DNA of 64,000 nucleotides from Veleropilina oligotropha (taxonomy: Eukaryota), in the NCBI GenBank assembly GCA_048128005.1, contig JBEUKZ010000125.1:372001-436000 (forward strand). Direction: 5' to 3'. Shown piece after piece: positions 27,201 through 39,200 of this stretch. Made by a program: the position numbers and the translations under genes. Below the pieces are notes generated by a model, which searched no databases, was not told the origin of the DNA, and was given only the letters and a program-made list of their open reading frames with translations. Numbering within the stretch: the first letter of the stretch is position 1; every line of letters begins with the position of its first letter.

Positions 27201-30200
27201 TGTTGTGAAAAGATTAAATTTTTTAAATTACTTTGAAACGTACGTCGTACAGGATAATGAAATGTTCGTTCGACGTGTTGTGGCATGCTACCTGAGCGCC
27301 TTCTGTGGCCAACAAGATCAGCTAGCTGCATGGGCAGTCAAAACGTCGAACGAACATTTCACTATCCTGTTCCAAAGTAAGTTATAAAATCTTTTCACTA
27401 TAACCCAATATTGTTTTCATACTGTATACAGTAATGACCAAGATTGCATCCTTAAGGAGGCCTGTATGCAGTCTAGCCCATGCAATAATCATCTGCAGCA
27501 CTTCGAAATGAAGTTTTTAATATGACGATAAATTTAATTTTTTATTCTATTTAATGAAAGCGTAAATCGACAATTTCACTACAGCTGTAGTGCAGTGAAG
27601 TAAATCTAGAAATGTGTCTACCGACACTGCAGATGCCCCCGATATATGTTCAAGCCATAGATACTTCATCACTATATCTGTTCTTAAACATTATAAAAGG
27701 AAACGATGATGTCATTTTTCTATCATTCGCTGACCGTCAACTTTTATAAAGTACACAAAGCATTTGCCAGGGCATCCCCAAACTTGCGAAACCTTGTTAA
27801 TTCAAGATGCTGATTCCGCTGCATTACTAAATTAAATATTCATATTTTCATTCCATATTCAAACTCATGACAGTTCATACTTATATATAATAGCATATGA
27901 AGTTTGAAGAAGGTAGGTGAGTTTCTTATAGCATGAGATCAGAAATGAAGCTCCAGAGATTATGTTCAAAAACGTAAAAATGTAGTAAAAAATAAATATT
28001 TTCATTCAACATTCGAAGTTTGAAGAAGATCGCTCATGATTAACATAAAAAAAGATGGGTGAGTTCAATCTGATACGGACGGACGGACCAAAAGCATAAT
28101 GCCCCCTGGCCGACTAAAGTCAAGCCGGGGGCATAATAACGAAAATCGCTAATAAACGATCAGACCAAAGAAATAAATCAGACATTTGAAAAATCAAATG
28201 GTTTAATAGTTGTAATTGCGCCATCTTTAGGAATTGTCACACACAAAGGAAAATAGTATATTAATAAATGTATATTAATAAATTGAATTCTTAATAGCCC
28301 CACAGAAAAGAAAGAAAATGCCAAGAAATTATTCGATACAAGCAACGTTCTATATCGTAGTACATATTTATAAACATTCAATAAAAGGGAGAGAATATGA
28401 ACAGGATACAAGAAGCTGTCTGTCTACGGACGCCATGCTGTGTCCTTCTACAGGAGGTATGAGGGCAATCAACTTACTCGCTCCATGTGATACCAAAGCA
28501 AATTGGACTGCAAGAGGAAACGAAGGCGTACAGTACATCGATGCACCTAGGCATCACCAACGCCGCTCGCAATCAGAAACATCTCTAACCAAAATCATTG
28601 TCAAGGCCATGATTGTATGTTAATCAAGCCTAATTGTGTTCATTATAATTTTAATTTTCCGACATCAACAAATAAATACAATTTAATTTGCATTCAACTA
28701 ATCAAAATAATCAATGTTTCCATGACACTCCAATCCTTGGAGGTATACACCAATCAAAACCATTCCTTTGATGGTCCTTATGTGGCATTCAACCAATCAT
28801 AATCATTGTGTTGATGACGCCTTTAGCATTCAACCCGTGTTTTGATCCATTACAACCTTTGTCTTTCAACTAATTTTGAACATTTAAGTATTTCGACAAT
28901 GGCGGCTCATTCTGAATTTATCAGATGGGACTAAATGCTTTAAGTGACACAACTACATAAGCGCCTGGGTAGGAATGGAAAATAAAAGTTGATAATTTTC
29001 ACAATGGCATCCATGTTCGCAATTTTCAATATCAGATGTTCCCTTACAAAAGAAGAGCTTGTGTTCATTACATCTACAAAGTTTCCTTGTCAAGAAGATC
29101 TACCGATCTGAAAATTTAGATTTTTAAAATGGCAGCTATCTTGAATGGCTTCAATATTTTTACACCACACATGTTCAAACCTCTAATCCATTACACCACA
29201 GATGTGGCATAAGTTTAGAAGTAATATAGATATTCAAGCGTATCGAATATGAACAACGCTTACAAGCTCTCTTATCCAGCACACTACATGTACTAGTTTA
29301 TAACAGTGCGTACCACCAAATTATACATACATGATATGTACTCACCGCAATTATAGCATATAACATGACGACGGTCCCACCATCTTAAATCATGCCCCCA
29401 AGCTGATTAATACTATGTTAGCTTTAGGTATGTTAGCATGCAAATCGAGTTGAGGCAGATCGAGATGTTAGAAAAGCAACTTTTACCAACAACCTGGTGA
29501 CAAATCAAATTCTTATACTTAAACCTTAACGCCACCAAAAGCGCTGTATACGCCACAAAAGCATGCAACGATTGATGGAGTGACTATAAGCCTATACAGG
29601 TGCTCGCAAGAAACAAACCTTCGCTTTTCGAACGGCCTCTGCAAACTTCATTCGTTCGATGATTTCCTTGCGATGAAGTCGAGCCTATACATGCATAGAA
29701 AAACATGGATCACAATAAAAAAACACCGAAACATGCAACACATGCAACTGATGGAGTTGCCATGGCAACGCAAGCAGAGAAGCAGTTGTACCGTCCTATA
29801 CACCGCAGCAGTACAACACCAACAAAGCTCCAGTTACAATAAATAGAATTCAGTAGATTACTTAATATATATAACTGCATATAACATTTATAGTGTTTGT
29901 GTAAATAGATATTATAATATTACTTTTTTAGTATCAAGTATTTTACGAATTTGGAAACACTTTGATGTGTCAACACAAATTATGATCCGGATGATTTCAG
30001 AGAAGCACCCTGTACAAGGTTCGGCATGGTAACCACAGCTTTGGAATGATTTTTGTTTGTCTTATATATATATCTTAATTATTATGGCTTATAAGGTCAA
30101 CATTTGTTATGGTGATCATTTAAAGAAAATGAAAAATTATTTCTTAAATTCTTAGATACGGGAGCATTGAGAGGTCTGCATAACAAACTCAAGTACGCTG

Positions 30201-33200
30201 GCCTGAACTTACGCAGGGTACCACGTTTATTCAAGATTGACACAACTTATGTAGTTGAGACTGTACTTATGTGAGTGGGACCGTACTTATGTAGGAGGGA
30301 CCATACTTATGTAGGAAGGACTGTACTTGTGTATGCGGGATTGTACTTATGTGGGTGGGACTGTATTTATGTGGGCAGGACTGTACTTGTGTAGACGGGA
30401 CTGTACTTATGGGGCGGGACTGTGCTTGTGGGCGGGACTGTGCTTGTGTAGACGGGACTGTTCTTATGTGGGTGGGACTGTGCTTGTGTAGACGGGACTA
30501 TACTTATGGGGCGGGACAGTGCTTGTGTGGGCGGGACTGTGCTTGTGTGGGCGGGGTTGTGCTTGTGTGGGCGGGGCTGTACTTATGTAGGCAGGTCTGT
30601 ACTTATGCAGAATGGATCAAAGGATGGATGGAGTATATCTATGCATGAATGATGGTCCAAACTTCTTGAGGATTCAATAAATTTACACACGACAAGAGCA
30701 ATTTTCAGTAACAGAGCACAGCAGAGCAACAAAAAACAACCACATGCTACTAATCTATTGCACTGTAATGATGGTGAGTACAAGTCATATATGATGTAAA
30801 ATACCTGCTTTAAACTTTGTTGATTAATTAATTAACATACATCAAGCAACCCAGGTGACACAAGATTTTTTTTTTTACCATACTCATTGTTCGAGAAAAA
30901 TAACAAGGATCGAGAAGAGATTCCGCAAAGAAAATAAAATTCAACTTTTGTTGTCGTTTAAATCTATACTGCAAGTTTGATATTCAAGGATATCTCCCTT
31001 TAACAGAATATCGAATCTAAAACATTTCCAATGACGTCACCATACATTGCGCGGTGATCTGTTTCCGATAAGATTATCGGCACAATTAAAGACACGAAAA
31101 ATGACGTAAACCTTTTCCAGGATGCACCCAGATCACGCTCGCCTTACGCTCCACACAATATATTCACTCTTCATACATGCTTTGCTGACGTCGGTCAACA
31201 CGACCTACCTCGATAATCTGCTGCGCTCGCAGCTCACGCTCCAAGCGGACCTGGTCCAGACGTTGTACCTTTTCTTGCTGTTTTAACATTTTCATGCTGT
31301 CTTGGTGATTTTTCCTTTCCATTACTACAACAGATCATATAATCCCATAGAGAAAGGGGAAGGTGCAAGCAATTATGCAATTCCTGTCATTGTCAAAGAA
31401 GTGCAGAAAAATCTATTGAATTATTTAATAATATTAATGTTCAACGAGCGCACCAACAATTTTTCAGTCATACATTGTGTCAATCAACTATGATTGAATT
31501 AATGCTGGCAACACCGAGCAGAAATGAGGATTGAACCCATGACCGCCAGGTTTATATGCCTGTGTCGTGTCGGCTCTGTATTAATGCTTCCACAATTATT
31601 TAACATAAATTTACGTAATCAGAAGACACCATCGGTGCAAAGCAATTTTGGAAAGCCCAATAATATCTTGATCAATGTCACACTAAATATATTGTAATAT
31701 CAAACACTCGTAAACAACTTTTGTAATCTTTACTTTTCAGCAACATTAGTACTTTACAATAATCATTTTAGTTGTATCATGGCAATTTAATTCACGCTTG
31801 ACAATTTTATGATATGCGTGAACATTTCTAGTAACAAAATACCATGAAAAAACTGTATACATCAATAATTATTGTAATCGGCATGCAGGACAAATGACTT
31901 TTACAGACAAAAATTACAACATAACAATGTAACCAAAAGAAAAAAAATTTCATGCAAAAAAAATATATAATTACTGACAGAATACAAACAGTCACGTACG
32001 TAGTTATAATCAATGAGCTATGTTTACCATTATTATCTACTTGATATAATATAGGAATGTCAAAGAAATATGTGCTGACATTATTTGCGCTTTCAAAATG
32101 TCGTCTGGCGAAGAAAGTACCCTCATAGCAGATCCGAACTCTAATATTAAGCTTTATATTCATCAACAAACACTTATATCTACAGAATTCCAACCCCAAT
32201 TAACAGTATTAGTAAGTAACATAAACGGTGCCTTCCCAAGATTTGTTCGAAGTAACGGATGCATTTCTCACCGCGCCTCTGCTTGTCCTGTTTTGCTACG
32301 TCCTTTTGCAGTTTTCGCTCGGCCCGCCTTTGACGTTTCTCATGTATGAAATTTCTATGCACTTCTGATGACAAAAAATAACAAAAAAATTCAAACGAGT
32401 GACCGATAATGCTTTCCTAATTATCGCAAATATAGACTGTGACTGATAACGCTTACGTATTCATCGCAAATATAGACTGTGACTGATAACGCTTACATAT
32501 TCATCGCAAATATAGGCTGTGACTGATAACGCTTGTAAACATATTCATCGCAAATATAGACTGTGACTGATAACGCTTACGTATTCCTCGCAAATATAGA
32601 CTGTGACTGATAACGCTTACGTATTCATCGCAAATATAGACTGTGACTGATAACGCTTACGTATTCATCGCAAATATAGACTGTGACTGATAACGCTTAC
32701 GTATTCATCGCAAATATACACTGTGACTGATAATGCTTTCGTATTCATCGCAAACATAGACTGTGACTGATAACGCTTACGTATTCATCGCAAATATAGA
32801 CTGTGACTGGTAACGCTTACGTATTCATCGCAAATATAGACTGTGACTGATAATGCTTTCCTAAGTATCGTACACTGGGACTGTGACTGCTTTTCGAATA
32901 TGAACTGTACCTGTGAGTTGTTCATTTTTAATGCAAATAGAGACTGTAACTCGAGTTACCACAGAAGTGATCATATATGCCCCCACAAAGGCACTTTACC
33001 TAGAAACAGGCTGTCGCATACAGACATCAATTTTCATGTCTCTCGGTCAAATAGCATGGGAGATATGTAGCGGTACGGAATTTTGGACTAAATGCGGTCA
33101 AGCATGTAAACTAGGTCACAGTGACCTACTTTCGGTATGCGTCACACCTTTGGGTTATGAAGCATGCACACATCAAATTTCGTGTTCTAGGGGAAATAGT

Positions 33201-36200
33201 ATCGGAGCAAAGGGAATTTGCAATACACCGGCCGACCGGCCGATTCCTATATGCCCCCCCCCCCCCCCCCTAAACTTCGTTTGTGGGCATAATTAATATT
33301 TATCGCTTGACTAATTATCGCAAATATTGACAATGATTAGTTCATTTAATGCATGCAAACTAAAATACAAATATGCAGGAAGAAAGGATATCTGAGGAGT
33401 CGCAGACAACACCTCGAAAATCCAGAAATAATAAGTTTACAATAATCTTCATAATCCTCAAGGATTAATTGCGAACAAACAAACATATCACAATGAACAT
33501 TGCTGCCTAGATATTTGGCGAAAAGCTTCACAACACATTAAATCGGCCGGGGATTATGCATAGTTTTTCAAGAATTTTGTATATATGGGAATATTTAAAT
33601 TTTCATCTAAGAAGTAGTTACCACGAACATTACATTCACGATAAAAGATTCAATATGTATACAACCATCACAGCAATTCAACCAATGAAAAGATTATATT
33701 GGACCATTTCCCAGATTTCCACTCCTCTTAAGGCGGTCAGGATTATTATTATTTAATTGGAAACCTTGACACTATTAAGGTTGTTCTATGTACCTAAATA
33801 TATTAGGAAGGCAATATCACTCTTGTATTTTGTAATTGTATGTGCACACATGCCGTATTTATTACCAATTTATAAGTACAACTACCTTTGTGTGTTTCGC
33901 GGTGTTATCCAAACGCCATGTGACCTTAAATTGTCATACCATTCGTAAACTTCTATACATGGATGAAAACTAAAACGAGACCACTATGTTTTTGCATTTA
34001 ATTTCTTTGAAACTGTTGAACCAGGTTTAAGAGATCTTTTAAAAGAACGTGAGCGTCATTTCCTTTACGCGTCATTTCCGTTTTTGCGATAAAGCACGTT
34101 GCTTATCAAGTTATATTGGCGCTTACATGCTGTTTTACATTTATTACAATATTTAAACGCCATTATTAATAAATGATATTCGTAAACTGAAATACTAGTA
34201 CAGTATTTGGAACAGTAATTGCGTATCAACAAAGAGTACTGCGAAATGGCCGATAAGTAGCTTGGGACATCATCAATGAGGGGAAGCAATTAAGCCAATT
34301 TAAGGTAAAGCATTCTTCGGGCGAATTGAGGCATTTAAGGTAAAGCATTCTTCGGGCTAATTGGATAACATCGATTGCTATCATGAACCTCTGCTTTAGA
34401 CAAGTTTCTGGTACAAAAATGGATGCAAACGGGAGCAATCGGGATTTTTTTAAAAGCGTGAGAAATCCGACATGAACGCGAGATTGCTTCAGCGAGCGTG
34501 AGACTCACGCCTAAATCGTGAGACTTGACGACTCTGTATTCATGTGAACAGCATTTAGTTTGTCGATAAATTACAATATTCTAAAACAACAACACTTATG
34601 GAATAAATTGATCATGGTTTCAAGAATCACTTAGATAATAAATAGTAAATATAGATTTACTTACTTTGAAACAGAAAATTTCGAAACGATTACGATGTTG
34701 CGGTCCGTCTACTGCGGACCTTGGTCACGTAATGACGGTTTTCAAGAAAGACAAGAGCTAAAGCTCGAAATGGCTCGCATGCGCGTAAATGCGCATCAAT
34801 CACTTATATTTCATAAGTATTAAGAGCAAAATTTTCTAATTTTAAGTCCAAAGGTAGTAATTTATAGGTAAATTTTGATTAAATGAAATTAAACTAGTTT
34901 CACAGGAGTGATCATATGCGTGACAAGTAGGTCGCGGTGACTTACTTTCGGTACGCGACATACCTTTGTGTTATGACGCGTCCACACAGCAAATTTCATG
35001 TCCCTAGCTAGGTCAAATATTATGGGAGATATGGAGCGAAGGGAATTTTGGACCAAATGCGATCGAGCGTGAAAAGTAGGTCACAGTGACCTATTTTCAG
35101 AATGCGACACACCTTTGGGTTATGACGCATAGAAACATCAAGTTTCGTGTCCCTCGGTCAAATAGTATGAGAAATATTGAGCGGAATGGAATTTTGGACC
35201 AAGTGCGGTCAAGTGTGGAAAGTAGGTTGCGGTGCAACAGACCGACCGACAGACAAGCTGACTCCTATATGCCCACCTTAAACTTCGTTTGTGGGGGCAC
35301 AATGACATTGAAATAGTGATATCTGACAAAGAACGATGCAAAATTATGCCTATTGTTGCACATATAGCATGCTTGAGAAACTTTAACCAAAAACTTTAAC
35401 AGAACCAATTGCTGACGCCGGTCGGACGGACGGACGAACAGCCAGACGACATGCTCATTACATCGACTCGCATTTGCGCTGCATGCGAGCCAAAATGCAC
35501 TTGATGAACTTGGCAGAGACAAAACATCATTATATTACCAGTAGACAAAGGTAGAGCGATCGTATACGTAGTTATGAACAGGGCCGAATATAAACAACAG
35601 ATAGAAACCCTCATAGCAGACCCCAACACTTACACCAAACTTAAAAGTGACCCAACTCCAAAATACAAGAACCAACTTGTAAATAAATTGAAGCAATGGA
35701 AAAAGGATGGCACCATCAGTGAACCGCCAAAGCTATATGGCACATCAAAAATCCACAAGCCTAACCACCCCTCAGACCAATTGTGTCGAGCTGTGGTAGT
35801 GTCACGCACAAGTTTAAGGCAGCAAAGTACCTGGCTAAAATCCTCACGCCGATCATGGGTAATGAATATAGCATCAAGAACAGCGGTGAGCTTGTAAAGG
35901 AACTGAGGGGACTTGAAATACCCCCTGGTCGTGTGCTTGTCTCATACGACGTCACAGCACGTTTTACCAGCGTGCCTGTAGATCAAGCCCTTAAAGTTAT
36001 TACCACCAAACTTCAATCGGACTCTCATCTACATCAACGTACAAAACTCTACATTCCACCAATTACGGCATTGATAGACATCTGTCTACAAACAGCATAC
36101 TTCGTATATGATGGCAATTATTACCAACAAATACATGGTGCAGCGATGGGATCCCCAATATCCCCAGTGATAGCCAACCTCTATATGGAGTACTTAGAGT

Positions 36201-39200
36201 CCCAAGCCATAACTACAGCACCTACACCGTCATTTATGTGGCTCAGATATGTGGATGATACCTTCACAGTCCTACATGAATATGATGTAGAGATCTTCAC
36301 TAACCACATTAACAGTATTGATCACAACATCAAGTTCACTACCGAGCCTGAACATGATAGGAAGTTACCTTTCCTCGACCTGTGTCTGCATGTTTTGATG
36401 ATGGCTCTATAAAGATTACTATATACCGGAAACCGACACATACTGACCAATATCTGAACTTTAAATCGCATCATCCACTCGTTCATAAATGTTCAGTAGT
36501 CCACACGCTCACAAACCATGCCAACCAGTATGTAACCACAACTGAAGACAAAGAGGCTGATATTCGATACGTACATGCAGCGCTCAAAGCTAATCAATAT
36601 GCCGATTGGGCACTGAACATACCCCCACCCAAACCTCGATCCACAAATACCAACACCAACGGAGGAGGAAACAAACCACCATGCATAGAGTTACCGTACG
36701 TGCAAGGTTTATCTGAACCAAAAGCCTGGGTGTTCATGAGTCATAACATACATATATTCCACAAACCGAAGAAGACAATCCGTTCGCTGATTGTCCATCC
36801 GAAGGACAAAACACCCATGGAAAAGCAGTGTAACACCATCTATCACATTATGTGTGATGCAGACGACCAACACACCTACATCAGCGAAACGAAACGCCCC
36901 CCTAAAGCAACGGTTCAAGGAACATTGTAACATCGACCGACCCACAGGTGTAGGGGACCATTGTCTAGAGACTGGACACTCAGTATCCATAAAGAACACC
37001 AGGATACTTACACGAGAAGAAGACTGGCTCAGCCGCAAAGTGAAAGAAGCCATTTACATCAGGCAACAGAAACCCACCATGAACCGGGACCTTGGCTACC
37101 ACCTCCGGGCCGTCTACACATCGATTCTCCTGCCATGTAGAGCGCTACATCATAAACCGTCATTACGTGACCAAGGTCCGAAGTAGACGGACCGAAACGC
37201 CGAAATCGTTCCGAAATTTTTTGTTTCAAAGTAAGTAAATCTATATTTACTATTTATTATCTAAACAACAAAACTTGTAAATAATTAACGCGGATGGAAT
37301 CTTACAAAATACATAACGCAAATTCTGCTTTGCAAATAAATTTAGTACTAGAACATAATTATATTCATATTATAAAGAACCTATTAAAATATTTAACATT
37401 GATGATCTCCGGTGAAACTTTTCTGAAGTTTACCAAATGGTTATAAACGCATAATCCGTTTTATCGCCTAAATAAACTGGATTTCACTGTATTGAGATCC
37501 AGGTGGTTGTATGGTTTTGTCTACCTTGCCAATATTGAGATCCAGATGGCTGTATGCTATGTATATCTTGCTGATATTGAGGTGGAATGACTGTATGCTA
37601 TGTATATCTTGCTGATATTGAGGTGGAATGACTGTATGCTATGTATATCTTGCTGATATTGAGGTGGAATGACTGTATGTTATGTATATCTTGCTGATAT
37701 TGAGGTGGAATGACTGTATGCTATGTATATCTTGCTGATATTGAGGTGGAATGACTGTATGCTATGTATATCTTGCTGATATTGAGGTGGAATGACTGTA
37801 TGCTATGTATATCTTGCTGACATTGAGGTGGAATGACTGTATGCTATGTGTACCTTGCTGATATTGAGGTGGAATGACTGTATGCTATCTATAGCTTGCT
37901 GATATTGAGGTGGAATGACTGTATGCCATCTATATCTTGCTGATATTGAGGTGGAATGACTGTATGCTATGTATATCTTGCTGACATTGAGGTGGAATGA
38001 CTGTATGCCATCTATGTCTTGCTGATATTGAGGTGGAATGACTGTATGCTATGTATATCTTGCTGATATTGAGGTCGATATGGCTGTATGCTATGTATGC
38101 TATGCCGATATTGAGGTTGGAATGACTGTATGCTATGTATATCTTGCTGATATTGAGGTTGCGATGACTGTATGCTATGTATATCTTGCTGATATTGAGG
38201 TTGCGATGACTGTATGCTATGTATATCTTGCCGATATTGAGGTTGCGATGGCTGAATGCTGTCCATACCTTGCCCATATTTGGGTTTGAAGGTGTATGCA
38301 CGCTTCGATTGGGAATTGTTTCTCTGTTCCTTTGCCGCCTCTCGGGCCGCCCGCTTCATCTGCAGGATCGTGTATCTCTCCATGACCTCCTGCTCAGAGA
38401 GTAGCGTGTAGCCCTGCAACGGAGAACAGATAACATTCATCTTAGAGAGTCGTGTGTAGCCCTACAATGGAGAGAATATAACATTCATCTTAGTGAGTCA
38501 TGTGTAGCCCTACAACTGAGAGAAGATAACATTCATCTTTGAGAGTCGTCTGTAGCTCTACAACGGAGAGAAGATAGCATTCATCTTAGAGAGCATGTGT
38601 AGCCCTACAACAGAGAGAAGATAACATTGATTATAGAGAGTAGTGTGTAGACCTACAATGAAGACGAGACTATATACCACTTTAGGGACTACAATTACTG
38701 ACAGTATTATTGACGGAAATACTTGGGTAAATAATCAGAAACATGTCCCCCCCCTGCTCTAGGAAATGATTTTCTTTTGGTAAGTTTAAGTGTATGTCAA
38801 TGGAAAAGGAAATGGTGTTACAAAAATTCACCCTAGAGCACCTAACTATTATCCTGCAGATATCCCAAACGGTTCAATGTATGTTTATTAACATTATATT
38901 ATATGGTCATATTGGAACAATATTATTGCGAGAGTAAATTAACACATATCTATCGGTTATAGACTAATGTATGTTGTAAACTAGAAAAATGCTGTGGCCA
39001 GTCATAAGAATACAAGCGTCATGGCCTAAATCGTTGTATTAAATTAGTATAATATACCTGTCAAAGCATATGTATAGAACAAAGTGCTTAAGCAACCCAA
39101 ATGCAGTTATTGAAAACCTTTAATCGGAATTTATAATTCAATAAACACCAATTTCACACATTATTTATATTCAAAATAACTGCCAGAGTAGCAGGTAGAT

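Noticed and set aside
29346..29383. Possible 38-nt poison exon (tttaag|..gcg|gtgagt)
   Set aside because: Strong donor but weak acceptor and no supporting evidence; could be chance
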